Positions 1-10,662 of a stretch of DNA of 47,928 nt are shown piece by piece (the first letter of the stretch is position 1; each line of letters starts with the position of its first letter). The DNA is from PVC group bacterium. GTDB lineage: Bacteria > Auribacterota > Erginobacteria > Erginobacterales > Erginobacteraceae. Made by a program: the position numbers and the translations under genes. Below the pieces are notes generated by a model. The model was not told the origin of the DNA and made no database searches. It worked only from the letters and a program-made list of their open reading frames with translations. Location of the stretch: assembly GCA_043804695.1 (NCBI GenBank), contig JAZDIV010000031.1, positions 1 through 47,928 on the forward strand, read 5' to 3'.

Positions 1-1300
1 TCTGACCATCGATCTCTCAACCCAGACGGATGTTGATCTGTCTTTCCAATGGCGGGAGTTCGCTGACGAAAATCATGCGCAGGACGGTGTTTTTATCAGC
101 GACGACTACGGCGGCGCCTGGTCTCAATTGACCTCGTTCAATTACGGGCCTTCCGTATTCACCTACGCGTTATTCGACCTGTCGGCCGCCGCCTCCGCCT
201 CCGGCCTGTCCCTCAACGATCATTTCCAGATCAAGTTCCAGATGTACGATAATTACTCGATCCCCACCGACGGTTATGCCGTCGATGATGTCCGAGTCAG
301 GCGGCCGATAACCCCCACCCCCACTCCCACCCCGACACCGGCGCCGACTTCCACTCCGGCGCCCATCCCCGCTCCCACATTGACACCGGAACCGACGCCG
401 ACCCTGGTGCCCACGCCCTCTCCCGTCCGGACACCGTTGCCCACGCCCACGCCGGACCCCACGCCCACCCCGGCCTCGACCCTCACTCCTTCGCCAACCT
501 CAACGCCGATGACGCCCACCCCGTCACCGACCTGCGGTCCGCTCGTGTTTCCCGACGGCATGGTTTTCGCATCGGGAGATTTTGACGGTGACGGCGCCGA
601 CGACATCGCCGTCTTCCGGGCCGCTGCCGGTTTGTGGGGGGTGAGAGGGGTGACCCGCGCCTATTTCGGGCGGGCAGATGACAGCCCGATCCCGGGAGAC
701 TATGACGGAGACGGGAAAAGTGACATCGGTATCTTCCGGGATGATGCCGGCCTCTGGGCGATCCGGGGAGTGACCAGGGTGTATTTCGGCCGCCCGGGGG
801 ATATCCCTTCTCCGGATGATTACGACGGCGACGGGAGCACTGATATCGCTCTCTTCCGGGAAAGCACCGGTTTATGGGCATTGCGCGGGCTCAGCCGGAC
901 GTACTTCGGTACCGGGGAAGACTGGCCGGTCCCCGGGGACTATTCCGGGGCCGGCACCAGCTCGATGGCGGTCTTCCGCCCCTCCTCCGGTCTCTGGGCC
1001 GTCCGGGGGAGTTCCCGGGTCTACTACGGCGCAGACGGGGACTGGGCCCTCCCCGGTGATTATGACGGTGACGGGATCTGTGATCAGGCCGTCTTTCGGG
1101 CTTGTGCCGGTCTTTGGGCGGTCCGGGGGGTGACCCGCAGCTACCACGGACGATGCACCGATTACCCGGTCCGGGCTGATTTTGGCGGCACCGGGATCGA
1201 CTCGATCGGCATCTTCCGCGGTCAGGCGGGGCTGTGGGCGATCAGGGGTGTTTCCCGGGCCTACTACGGCGTGAGTGGTGATCTGCCGGTAACCAGATAG
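1..1300 (+). CDS. 5'-truncated secreted protein: beta-sandwich-like domain, Pro/Thr linker, C-terminal 6x FG-GAP/VCBS-like repeat module
   Basis: The frame is open from position 2 ([17 protein letters not shown]...), so the true start lies upstream of the window. It has a (PT)n linker and six GDYDGDG..DIAVFR..GLWAVRG..RxYFG repeats ending DLPVTR. Confidence 0.8.
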   Translation, partial: LTIDLSTQTDVDLSFQWREFADENHAQDGVFISDDYGGAWSQLTSFNYGPSVFTYALFDLSAAASASGLSLNDHFQIKFQMYDNYSIPTDGYAVDDVRVRRPITPTPTPTPTPAPTSTPAPIPAPTLTPEPTPTLVPTPSPVRTPLPTPTPDPTPTPASTLTPSPTSTPMTPTPSPTCGPLVFPDGMVFASGDFDGDGADDIAVFRAAAGLWGVRGVTRAYFGRADDSPIPGDYDGDGKSDIGIFRDDAGLWAIRGVTRVYFGRPGDIPSPDDYDGDGSTDIALFRESTGLWALRGLSRTYFGTGEDWPVPGDYSGAGTSSMAVFRPSSGLWAVRGSSRVYYGADGDWALPGDYDGDGICDQAVFRACAGLWAVRGVTRSYHGRCTDYPVRADFGGTGIDSIGIFRGQAGLWAIRGVSRAYYGVSGDLPVTR

Positions 1301-1662
1301 CCTCCGGTCCTTCCGGGCGACTGATACGCGCCGTCACCGCTTGTGGGAGGGGTTTCCCGCAGATCAGGCAGAATGACTGACAACCTCGATTCCCGCCCCG
1401 CTATGCGCCATGCGCTATGCTCTCTGCCCCTTCTCCTCTCCTGAATCCCGCCCCGCAAAGGCTGCGCCTGCGGGGTCTCCGCGCAGTCTATCCCGCCTCC
1501 GCCCCGAAGTTTTAATCGGGGTTTATCGGGACTCCAACATCCTGCATCCGCTATCCATCCCCCCAGAAAAATAAAAAATTTTGGAATAAAACCGGGGATT
1601 ATTACGACTGATAACTGTTACGGATAACCGCCGGTGTTTACCGGCAGCAAAGGAGGTGCGGC

Positions 1663-2328
1663 ATGAGGGAAGATTACGCGCACATATCGATCATTCTTGA
1701 CCGAACGGGATCGATGGAGTCGATCCGGGACGACACCATCGGCGGCTTCAATGCGTTTTTAAAGGAGCAGAAGAACCGGCCGGGAACCGCCACGCTCACC
1801 CTGGTGCAGTTCGACACCCAGGACCCCTATGAAGTCATCCATGACTTCACGCCGATCAAAGATGTCCCCGGACTCACCCGGGAGACCTATGTGCCCCGGG
1901 CGTCAACGCCGCTCCTCGACGCGATGGGCCGCGGCATCAACGACCTGGAGAAGCGGCTCCGCCGACTGACGGAGGAAGAGCGGCCCGGTAAAGTGGTGAT
2001 GGTGATCATCACCGACGGCCAGGAGAACTCCAGTCGCGAATTCAGCAAGGACCAGGTTGAGAAGATGATCAAGGAACACGAAGAGAAGGACGGCTGGCAG
2101 TCCGTCTTTCTCAGCGCCGACCTCTCCGCGATCGGGGACGCGCTCGATTACGGATTCCAGCAGCGGAAGGCGATGATGTTCGATAAGAGCTCCCGGGGTA
2201 CCGCCCGGGTCTGGGCCTCAGTGTCGCAGAAAATCTCTGAATACCGCGAAGGGGCGGCGGACGAGGTCTCCTTCTCCGACGAGGCCCGCCAAGAGCAGGG
2301 GGAGCAGGAGGATATCAGCGGAAAGTAA
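1663..2328 (+). CDS. von Willebrand factor A (vWA) domain protein
   Basis: MIDAS-like ILDRTGSM, TPLLDAMG and ITDGQENSS motifs; strong AAGGAGG RBS. Confidence 0.85.
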   Translation: MREDYAHISIILDRTGSMESIRDDTIGGFNAFLKEQKNRPGTATLTLVQFDTQDPYEVIHDFTPIKDVPGLTRETYVPRASTPLLDAMGRGINDLEKRLRRLTEEERPGKVVMVIITDGQENSSREFSKDQVEKMIKEHEEKDGWQSVFLSADLSAIGDALDYGFQQRKAMMFDKSSRGTARVWASVSQKISEYREGAADEVSFSDEARQEQGEQEDISGK

Positions 2329-2418
2329 TCACTTTATATGATATAATAACAGTGATTAAGAAAGTTTGAACGGCTTGAACCGTTTGAACGGATTGAACTA
2401 CGCCGAAGGCGCTGATGA

Positions 2419-3717
2419 ATGAGAATCACCTTATCAGTCTGTATCGTTCTGGCGTGGTTGACCGGTACCGCCCGGGCCGATATCTATCGGTGGACGGATG
2501 AGAATGGCGGTGTTCATATCGGCAATGTTCCCCCGGCCGGTGTGGATACAAGCAGGATCGAGCGCATCCTTGTCGGCGAAACCGGGCCCGGGAATAAGGA
2601 CCGGGGAAAAGAGAGCGGGGGAGAGCCCGGATCTTCCGCCCGGCCCGTTTCTCCCTTCCCCGGTAAAACGAGTGATGGGGTAAAGGTTCCTGCCGAAGAG
2701 CTCCTTGTCATCTGCTCATCCCGGAAGAGGGGCGGGGGCGTGACGCCCTACCTTGTTGACCTGGTCGCCCTGGGACTGGCGGCACTATTCGCCTACCGCG
2801 GGTACCGGCAGGGAACAATGCTCACGTCCCTGGGCCTTCTGCGCGTATTCTGTGCCTACGCGGGCGCCTATCTCCTGGCCGGCCTGCTGGGGAAGCCGCT
2901 GCGTGAGATATTCGGATTGTTGCGGATAATCGCCACCGCGCTCGCCGGGGTATTGGTTTTCCTGATGATCGCGATCGGTTTCCGGCTGATTACCGTGAAG
3001 ATCCGCCGGAAACAAAAAAGACAGAGGCTGCTTCCGGGCGGTGGTATGCTGTCCCTTTCCGACCGGATAGGAGGCGGTCTCATGGGTCTGCTCTGCGGAG
3101 CAGTCACGGTTTTCGTGCTCTGCTGGCTGTACAATCTGGTCGGCGCCGGCTTTGCTGAATCCAAACAGCCGGATATCAGCTCCAGTTTTGCCGGCCGTTC
3201 ATCACGGTACTTTATCGAGCAGGCGGTTTATGCCGGCATCGGGGCGGCCGGGGGGCAGAAGGAGAGTGCCCGGCAGATCGCCCGGCTGATCGGCCAGCCC
3301 GACCGGACCGTGGAGGATTTCCGCCGGTTGGTCCGGATCCCCGGTGTCATAGTGCTGATGAACAGCCCCACCTTCCGTGCCGACTTTCTCTCCGGCAACT
3401 ATCTGAAGATCCGCTATAACCACGATCTCCAGCGGCTCTTCAACGATAGGTATGCTGTTTATTACCTGAAAGAGCTGGGGGTGCTGACGGATGACTACCG
3501 GTCCCCGCAGTTCCAGGATAAGTTGGCAAAGGACCTGGCCCGGGCCGGAAGCCGGATGCAGGAAGCGATGAACGATCCCGGTCTCTCCAGCGCCGTGGAG
3601 GAACTGAGAAGAGAGGGCCTCCTTGATTCCGGCCGGATCCCCGGATTGATTCTGAATACCCGTTTTCTGAAGATTGTCGACCGGGTCCTGGCTCCGGAAA
3701 CTCCTGCCGGCCGCTGA
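2419..3717 (+). CDS. DUF4124-like N-terminus fused to a CvpA (colicin V production)-like membrane domain
   Basis: Signal peptide then DIYRWTDENGGVH (DUF4124-like); AYRGYRQG followed by TM helices and DRIGGGLMG (CvpA-like). Confidence 0.6.
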   Translation: MRITLSVCIVLAWLTGTARADIYRWTDENGGVHIGNVPPAGVDTSRIERILVGETGPGNKDRGKESGGEPGSSARPVSPFPGKTSDGVKVPAEELLVICSSRKRGGGVTPYLVDLVALGLAALFAYRGYRQGTMLTSLGLLRVFCAYAGAYLLAGLLGKPLREIFGLLRIIATALAGVLVFLMIAIGFRLITVKIRRKQKRQRLLPGGGMLSLSDRIGGGLMGLLCGAVTVFVLCWLYNLVGAGFAESKQPDISSSFAGRSSRYFIEQAVYAGIGAAGGQKESARQIARLIGQPDRTVEDFRRLVRIPGVIVLMNSPTFRADFLSGNYLKIRYNHDLQRLFNDRYAVYYLKELGVLTDDYRSPQFQDKLAKDLARAGSRMQEAMNDPGLSSAVEELRREGLLDSGRIPGLILNTRFLKIVDRVLAPETPAGR

Positions 3718-4155
3718 ACCATCTGGGCGCCTTCCGCCGCCGCGATCCCTCCCCCTGAGGGGAGAAGTCGAAGATCCGGCAGCATTGACGGAGCCGGGTG
3801 AGGGGTGTCCCCGGTTCGGCCTCGCCACGCGCCATCCCCTCCGGGCAACTATGGGATGAGTTTCCGGACTCGGTCCGGCCGCCCGGCGCCGGGAGTTATG
3901 ATCTCTGCGTCCTGAGGGAGAGCTATCCGACCTCGATTCCCGGCCCCGCTATGCGCCATGTGCTCTTTGCGCCATGCGCTCTGCGGCCATGCGCTCTATG
4001 GGAGGGGTTTTTAACCCCGATCGCCCTGCGCCTGTTCCCGGCCACCTGTTTTTTTTCGACGTTGACAGTTGGATGTTCATTCATCGTTCATTAAAATTCT
4101 CACTTTCCCTCTGGCACAATCTGTCCCATCTGCTATAATTTTTCGATCGTTCCTG

Positions 4156-4257
4156 CTTCGGAATTTCAATAAACCGCGGATTAAACGGGATTAAACGGAT
4201 TGTTTTTTTCTTTAATCAGCATAATCCGCACAATCCGCGGTTAAATAAGTTGCGAAG
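4156..4257. repeat. Small palindromic (MITE/REP-like) element
   Basis: Ends GCTTCGGAATTT and AAGTTGCGAAGC are imperfect inverted repeats; inner AACCGCGGATT/AATCCGCGGTT pair; partial copies at ~33667-33713 and ~38788-38807. Confidence 0.6.
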
Positions 4258-4312
4258 CTAAGTTCTTCAACCCCGGTTTTTGAACAGGTCGGGCCGGCAG
4301 GGGGATCCCGCA

Positions 4313-5518
4313 ATGGCAAGAACACTGGGAACTGTCGTCCGGGGAATCCGGGCGCCGGTCGTGAAGCGGGGGGACGACATCGTGGAGACGGTCGTCCGCG
4401 CCCTGGATGATTCCCGGAAAGCGGAGAAGTATGACATCCGGGACCGGGACGTGATCGGCGTCACCGAGTCCCTGGTCGCCCGGGCCCAGGGGAACTACGT
4501 GACCGTGGATGACATCGCCGGCGATGTGAAGGCGAAGTTCGGCGGCGAGGTGGGGGTCGTCTTCCCGATCCTCAGCCGCAACCGGTTCTCCATCATCCTC
4601 CGGGGGATCGCCCGGGGGGTGGAAAAGGTCATTCTGCTGCTCAACTACCCGGCCGACGAAGTCGGCAATACTCTGATGTCGGCCGACGCGATGATTGGGG
4701 CCGGGCTCAACCCCTACACCGACGTTCTCACCGAGGAGAGGTACCGGGAGATCTGCGGTACCGAATTTCGCCATCCCTTCACCGGGATCGATTACGTCCG
4801 ATTCTACCGGGAGATCGTCGAGTCCGAAGGGACAGCGGCCGTTTTCATCTTCGCCAACGACCCCCGGGTGATTCTTCGGTACACCGGCCGGGTTCTCGCC
4901 GCCGACATTCACAGCCGCCGGGCCACGAAGCGCGCGCTCCGGGAGGCCGGCGCGGAGGTGGTCTTCGGGCTCGACGATATCTGCCGGGAGCCCGCCCCGG
5001 GGAGGGGGTGCAACCGCGACTACGGCCTCCTCGGCTCCAACAAGTCCACCGAGGAGCGTTTGAAGCTGTTTCCCCGGGTCCGCGACGAACGCGGACGCCG
5101 GTACGTGGAGGTGATCCAATCCCGCCTGAAGGACCTCACCGGGAAGACCGTCGAGGTGCTGATCTACGGCGACGGGGCCTTCAAGGACCCGGCCGCCGGG
5201 ATCTGGGAGCTGGCCGATCCGGTGGTCTGCCCCGACTTCACGGAGGGGCTGAGGGGGGTGCCGGGCGAGATCAAGATGAAGTACCTCATCGACAACGAGA
5301 TGGGGGATCTCGCGGGAGAAGAGGCCGCCGAAGCGGTCAGGATCCGCATCCGGGGAAAAGGCGCGCGCCTGGTCGGCTTGATGGCCTCCCAGGGGACCAC
5401 GCCCCGGCAGCTCAGCGACCTGCTCGGAAGCCTTTGCGATCTCACCAGCGGGAGCGGCGACAAGGGGACACCGGTCATCCTCATCCAGGGCTACTTCGAC
5501 AGCTACGCTTCTGAGTAG
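4313..5518 (+). CDS. Coenzyme F420-0:L-glutamate ligase (CofE)-like protein
   Basis: GTVVRGIRAPVVKRGDDI, DVIGVTESLVARAQGN, GDGAFKDP..IWELADP and DLTSGSGDKGTPVILIQGYFD motifs. Confidence 0.75.
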   Translation: MARTLGTVVRGIRAPVVKRGDDIVETVVRALDDSRKAEKYDIRDRDVIGVTESLVARAQGNYVTVDDIAGDVKAKFGGEVGVVFPILSRNRFSIILRGIARGVEKVILLLNYPADEVGNTLMSADAMIGAGLNPYTDVLTEERYREICGTEFRHPFTGIDYVRFYREIVESEGTAAVFIFANDPRVILRYTGRVLAADIHSRRATKRALREAGAEVVFGLDDICREPAPGRGCNRDYGLLGSNKSTEERLKLFPRVRDERGRRYVEVIQSRLKDLTGKTVEVLIYGDGAFKDPAAGIWELADPVVCPDFTEGLRGVPGEIKMKYLIDNEMGDLAGEEAAEAVRIRIRGKGARLVGLMASQGTTPRQLSDLLGSLCDLTSGSGDKGTPVILIQGYFDSYASE

Positions 5519-5713
5519 GCCGAAGAAAAGCAAGCTGGTTAGATGTGAAGGCAAAGGCCGGGGGTCCGCTAAACTTTTTTAACGAAAAAGGGGATGGATA
5601 AGGGCAGTATCTTCTCATATATGAGTGGATCTCTTTGGAGCAGTTCAGGGGGGATAAAATGGTCGTGTAACAGACAGCTTTCTGAAACGGCGAAGATACC
5701 GCAAGGGGGGGAA

Positions 5714-7657
5714 ATGAGAAAAACCGCGGTCTGGTTAATCGGCATCGCCGCCGGCCTCGGGTTTGCCGCCGGGTCGGCCGCGCAGGTAAACTTCAGGGTC
5801 ATTCACGAGTTCGACGGCGTGAACGGGTCCGCTCCCTACGGGCATCTCATCCGCGCCGGGGACCGTCTCTACGGCATGACGGCGGGCGACACCGTCGATA
5901 ACCGGGGAATGGTCTTCTCCATCGCCCCGAACGGTTCCGGCTACACCGTTCTCCACCATTTTTCCGGCCAGCCCGGAGACGGGGAGTGGCCTCACGGAAG
6001 CCTGCTTTTTCATGATCTCACCCTCTTCGGCATGACCTGGGCGGGCGGCTGCCCGGGCACGGCCTGCCCCAACCCGGACGGGAACGGCTGCGGCACGCTC
6101 TTCTCCCTCCAGACCGACGCTTCCAACTACGGCGTCTTCTGGGAATTTGCCTGCGGGGGAGGTGACCAGGGTGCCGCTAACCCCAACGCTCATCTCATAT
6201 CGGACGGCAGCAGGCTGTACGGTCTCACGGAGACGGGCGGGGGGTTCTCCATGTATGGGGGAGCGGTATTTGCCGTCGACACGGACGGCACCGACTTCTC
6301 GGTTCTCCACAGTTTCCGGACCACCCAGGGCCAGATCCCGGCCGGCGGCCTGCTTCTGGACGACGGCGTCCTCTACGGAACTGCTTCCGGCGGCGGGGCG
6401 ACTGATCAGGGAACGGTATTTTCCGTCCTGACCGACGGTTCCGGTTTCACGCTTCTCCACCAGTTCAGCGGCACCGACGGTGAAGGCTCCTTCTCCACGC
6501 TGATCCTGGCCGGCGGGCGGCTTTGCGGGGCGACCGCCCGGGGCGGCTCCGGCAACAACGGGGTCCTGTTTTCACTCGGGACCGGGGGCGCTGATTTTAA
6601 AGTCATCCACGATTTCGTCGACGAAGACGGCAGCCCGATGGAAGGCGTGATCCTGGTCGGTGACACGCTCTACGGCGTGGCGACCGACAATGGTCCCTCC
6701 TCGTTCGGGGTGATTTTTTCGATCAAGCCGGACGGTTCCGATTACACCGTCCTGCACCGGTTTAATTATACCGACGGCTCCTGGGTCAACGGCCGGCTGC
6801 TCCTCGACGGGGGCACCTTCTATGGCCTCGCCTCCCACGGAGGTTCAAGTGAGGACGGCCTGATCTTCGCGTTCGACCTCCCGGTCCCGGAACCGGTCGT
6901 CCTCGCCGGGGGGGATTACAACGGAGACGGTAAGTCCGACATCGCCGTCTTCCGTCCGGCTGGCGGCCTCTGGGCGGTGAGAGGATTGGGGCGCCTTTAT
7001 TTCGGGACCGCCGGCGACATCCCGGTCCCCGGCGACTACAACGGCGACGGCGTCACGGACCCGGGCGTCTTCCGTCCGTCCTCCGGCCTCTGGGCGATCA
7101 AGAATTGCACCAGGGTTTATTTTGGCGGGTCCGGCGGCCGGCCCGCCCCCGCTGACTATGACGGTGACGGTTCCTGCGACGTCGCCGTCTTCGGCGGCGC
7201 GGCGGGGCAATGGTCCGTTCGGGGGATTACCAGGATTTACTTCGGGGCGGCCGCCGACCGGCCGGTGCCGGGGGATTACGACGGCGACAATTCCGCGGAT
7301 ATCGGCGTCTTTCGACCATCCTCCGGGCTCTGGGCCATCAGGGGCGTCACCCGGCGCTACTTCGGTTCCGCGGCAGATATCCCGGTCCCGGGGGTTTATC
7401 GGTGGTATGACCTGTCCCCGGGCAGCCCGTTTAAAAGCCGGATCGCCGTCTTCCGCCCCGGAAGCTCCCTCTGGGCGGTTCTGGGCGGTAGCCGGGTCTA
7501 TTTCGGCGCCGCGGGAGACACGCCCGTGCCCGGGGACTACGCCGGGAACACCATCGATGACATCGCTGTTTTCCGGCCGGACGGCGGCCTCTGGGCGATC
7601 CGGGGTTTATCCCGCGTGTACTTCGGCAGGATAGGGGACATCCCCGCCACCCGATAA
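5714..7657 (+). CDS. Secreted protein with GloVer (Gloeo_Verruco)-type propeller repeats and C-terminal 6x FG-GAP-like module
   Basis: Signal peptide MRKTAVWLIG...AAQ; repeated LYGxxxxGG...GxVFSxxxDGSGxTxLHxF; C-terminal repeats ending DIPATR. Confidence 0.8.
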   Translation: MRKTAVWLIGIAAGLGFAAGSAAQVNFRVIHEFDGVNGSAPYGHLIRAGDRLYGMTAGDTVDNRGMVFSIAPNGSGYTVLHHFSGQPGDGEWPHGSLLFHDLTLFGMTWAGGCPGTACPNPDGNGCGTLFSLQTDASNYGVFWEFACGGGDQGAANPNAHLISDGSRLYGLTETGGGFSMYGGAVFAVDTDGTDFSVLHSFRTTQGQIPAGGLLLDDGVLYGTASGGGATDQGTVFSVLTDGSGFTLLHQFSGTDGEGSFSTLILAGGRLCGATARGGSGNNGVLFSLGTGGADFKVIHDFVDEDGSPMEGVILVGDTLYGVATDNGPSSFGVIFSIKPDGSDYTVLHRFNYTDGSWVNGRLLLDGGTFYGLASHGGSSEDGLIFAFDLPVPEPVVLAGGDYNGDGKSDIAVFRPAGGLWAVRGLGRLYFGTAGDIPVPGDYNGDGVTDPGVFRPSSGLWAIKNCTRVYFGGSGGRPAPADYDGDGSCDVAVFGGAAGQWSVRGITRIYFGAAADRPVPGDYDGDNSADIGVFRPSSGLWAIRGVTRRYFGSAADIPVPGVYRWYDLSPGSPFKSRIAVFRPGSSLWAVLGGSRVYFGAAGDTPVPGDYAGNTIDDIAVFRPDGGLWAIRGLSRVYFGRIGDIPATR

Positions 7658-7684
7658 GCCCTGACGGCGTCAGGGCTTATCGGG
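7650..7684. terminator. Perfect 16-bp hairpin overlapping the stop codon (terminator or REP-like)
   Basis: CCCGATAAGCCCTGAC-GGC-GTCAGGGCTTATCGGG; no U-tract follows. Confidence 0.4.
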
Positions 7685-7893
7685 ACTGATTACCGATTAC
7701 CGGCCACTGATTACTTCTGGCTTCTCCCGTATCCCGTAATCCCCTCCGGCGGAGATCCTGCAGATATTTAACTATTTAACACCGTCCCCCATTACTTACT
7801 ATTATACCCTTTCCCGCCCCCCGACGATATGCGATAATTCATGGCTAACTCATTTTACAGAATAACCATTATAAAACGTCCCCAAGGTTTCTC

Positions 7894-9723
7894 ATGCCTC
7901 ATCAAAAACGCCGCAAAGATGTAAGGAACGTCGCCATTATCGCGCACGTTGACCACGGGAAGACAACCCTGATCGACGCCCTCTTGAAGCAGACCGGGGC
8001 TTATGAATTTAAAGCGGGCGAGACGATGATAATGGATTCAAACCCGCTGGAAAAAGAGCGGGGGATCACCATTTTTTCAAAAAATGCTTCATTCATGTAT
8101 AAAGGCGTCCAATTCAACATTGTGGATACCCCGGGCCATGCCGATTTCGGCAGCGAAGTGGAGAGGATCCTGAAAATGGTGGACGGGGTTCTTCTACTGG
8201 TCGACTCGTTTGAAGGGCCGATGCCCCAGACTAAATTTGTCTTGAAAAAATCACTGGAGCTCCATCTTAAACCCATCCTGATCGTCAGCAAGATCGACCG
8301 GAAGAACGCCCAGCCTCGTGAAGTTTCGGACCTGACGTTTGACCTGTTCTGCGAATTGAACGCGACCGATGAGCAGCTGGATTTCCCGATTGTCTACGCT
8401 TCGGGCAAGGACGGCGTCGCCACTCTCGATCCGGATGAAAAAGGCACGGACATGAGTCCCATCCTTGACACGATCCTGCGCCGGGTCCTGCCGCCGGTGG
8501 CGGATCCCGAGAAGCCTTTTCAAATGCTGGTGACCATGCTCGACTATGATTCATACGTCGGCCAGATCTCGGTCGGACGTATTTTCCACGGAAAGATACG
8601 AAGCGGAGAACGGATCTCACTGGTAAAACTCGACGGGACCATCAGGCAGGGTAAGGTCACGAAAATCCTGAAATACCAGGGCCTGAAAAGAATCGAGGTT
8701 GAGAGCGCGCAGGCCGGAGATATTGCTTCGATTGCCGGCATTGATGACGTGAAAGTCGGGGAAACCCTCGCCTCCGCCGAGAAACCGGAAGCCCTGCCGA
8801 AAATTAAAATCGATGAGCCGACGGTCTCGATGATTTTCTCTCACAACACCAGCCCCCTGTCGGGAAGAGATGGCGGGAGGTTTTTATCCTCACGCCATCT
8901 CCGGGAACGGCTGGAACGCGAAGCATTGACCAATGTGGGGATCAAGGTGGAAGAGATCGCGAAAAGTGAAAAGATCAAGGTTTCCGGACGGGGGGAGCTT
9001 CATCTCTCCATCCTGATTGAAACCATGCGCCGGGAAGGATATGAACTGGAAGTCGCTTCCCCCCAGGTGATCCTGATGAAAATAGGCACGGAGACCCTGG
9101 AGCCGATGGAGGAATTGCTGGTTGAGGTTGATGAGGGATATCAGGGGCCCGTGATCGAGGCGCTGGGATCGAGAAAAGCCTCCCTGAGGGAGATGAAAAA
9201 AACCTCGATCGGGACGATCCGCATGAATTTCATCGTCGGGACCCGGGGGCTGATGGGATTTCGCAGCGACTTTCTGAAAATGACCCGCGGGACGGGGATC
9301 ATGTATCAGAACTTTTACCGGTATCAAAAATATAAAGGTGAAATCGCCCGGCGTCAGACCGGGGTCATGGTCTCGATGAACAGGGGCCAGGCGGTCGCGT
9401 TCGCTCTCTTCGGGCTCCAGGAAAGAGGGGAGATCTTCATCAACCCGGGGGACGCCGTTTACGAAGGCATGATTATCGGCGTTAATAACAAAGGCCGGGA
9501 CCTGGTTGTCAATGGAACCCGGGAAAAACAGCTGACCAACATCCGCGCCGCGGGCTCCGACGAGGCGATCAAGCTGATTCCTCCCCGGGAAATGACCCTT
9601 GAATTCGCCCTGGCATTCATTAAGGATGATGAACTGGTCGAGATAACCCCCAGGAATATTCGCTTGAGGAAGCGGTTCCTATCTGAAAACGAAAGAAGAA
9701 TCCAGTCGCGGCTCCCGAAATAA
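7894..9723 (+). CDS. typA: Translational GTPase TypA/BipA
   Basis: AIIAHVDHGKTTL, ERGITI, DTPGHADFG, GRGELHLSILIETMRREG and KQLTNIRAAGSDE motifs. Confidence 0.97.
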   Translation: MPHQKRRKDVRNVAIIAHVDHGKTTLIDALLKQTGAYEFKAGETMIMDSNPLEKERGITIFSKNASFMYKGVQFNIVDTPGHADFGSEVERILKMVDGVLLLVDSFEGPMPQTKFVLKKSLELHLKPILIVSKIDRKNAQPREVSDLTFDLFCELNATDEQLDFPIVYASGKDGVATLDPDEKGTDMSPILDTILRRVLPPVADPEKPFQMLVTMLDYDSYVGQISVGRIFHGKIRSGERISLVKLDGTIRQGKVTKILKYQGLKRIEVESAQAGDIASIAGIDDVKVGETLASAEKPEALPKIKIDEPTVSMIFSHNTSPLSGRDGGRFLSSRHLRERLEREALTNVGIKVEEIAKSEKIKVSGRGELHLSILIETMRREGYELEVASPQVILMKIGTETLEPMEELLVEVDEGYQGPVIEALGSRKASLREMKKTSIGTIRMNFIVGTRGLMGFRSDFLKMTRGTGIMYQNFYRYQKYKGEIARRQTGVMVSMNRGQAVAFALFGLQERGEIFINPGDAVYEGMIIGVNNKGRDLVVNGTREKQLTNIRAAGSDEAIKLIPPREMTLEFALAFIKDDELVEITPRNIRLRKRFLSENERRIQSRLPK

Positions 9724-9784
9724 TCGGGATGCGAGCACAAGCTCTGCCACTACAATTTCTGCTTCTTAATAACCTGTCTTTTTC

Positions 9785-10531
9785 ATGAATTACCCACCCA
9801 AAATAGAAGAGAACCCAGAAAATAAGATGAAGAAAGAGACGCTCGGGTTTATTGTGAAGCTGAATCTGAGCCGAATCCCTTGGCGGGATTTCCTCCTGGG
9901 GATGTTCATCCCCCTGATGATCATCAAGATCGGCTCGTGGCTGGGCGACCCGTTGCTGGGTGCGTACATCTCGTTGGCCGTGGTGGCCCTGGCCGCCGTC
10001 GGGATCTACGCCTTCACGGGCGAGGTCAGCCTTTTCCCCGTCATCACTTTCATGATCCTGCTGACCCATATCATCGCCGGGTTTCTGGCGCCGCGGCATC
10101 CCTTTTTCGTCCTCATCCCCTCCCTGGACAATGTGGCGGTCGGCCTGATTTTCATCGGCTCGATGCTGTGGCCGCGGCCATTCATCATGTCCCTGATCGG
10201 TAAGGAGACCATCGGGCGCACCGAGGCCATGTACGGCAAGAGCAAATATTTCTTCAAGGCCTGGTTTGATATCAACATCATCTGGGGCTTGTTCTTCGTG
10301 ATCCAGGGAGTGCTGATCAGCTACCTTATGATTTTGCACCTCAATACCGGAAAGGTGTTGGATTTCCTTTTCAGCTGGCCGTCCGTGCTCGCGCTGCTTT
10401 ACCTCAGCGTGGACTACCCCCGCCGGTACTGGTCCCGGAATTGGGAGAAGATGAAGGCGGAGATCGAAGCGGCCGAGCGGTACGAGAGCCAGCGACCGCC
10501 CGCGAAAAATTCTCAATCACACCCCGAATAG
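9785..10531 (+). CDS. Integral membrane protein (VC0807/septation protein A-like)
   Basis: About six hydrophobic helices; FIGSMLWPRPF and INIIWGLFF motifs; start may be the ATG at 9827. Confidence 0.55.
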   Translation: MNYPPKIEENPENKMKKETLGFIVKLNLSRIPWRDFLLGMFIPLMIIKIGSWLGDPLLGAYISLAVVALAAVGIYAFTGEVSLFPVITFMILLTHIIAGFLAPRHPFFVLIPSLDNVAVGLIFIGSMLWPRPFIMSLIGKETIGRTEAMYGKSKYFFKAWFDINIIWGLFFVIQGVLISYLMILHLNTGKVLDFLFSWPSVLALLYLSVDYPRRYWSRNWEKMKAEIEAAERYESQRPPAKNSQSHPE

Positions 10532-10662
10532 TGCTCGGAAATCATATCGGTTTTGGGGGGCTCGGCCCCAACCCGATTTATTCATAAATCGGGTTAGTTT
10601 TGAACAATGCCGGAGCGGATATAAGATCTTTCCGGGCGATTTCATCCGCGGGAGATGACATC

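Noticed and set aside
305..535. Pro/Thr-coding repeats as a DNA repeat element
   Set aside because: They are explained as a low-complexity protein linker inside the CDS.
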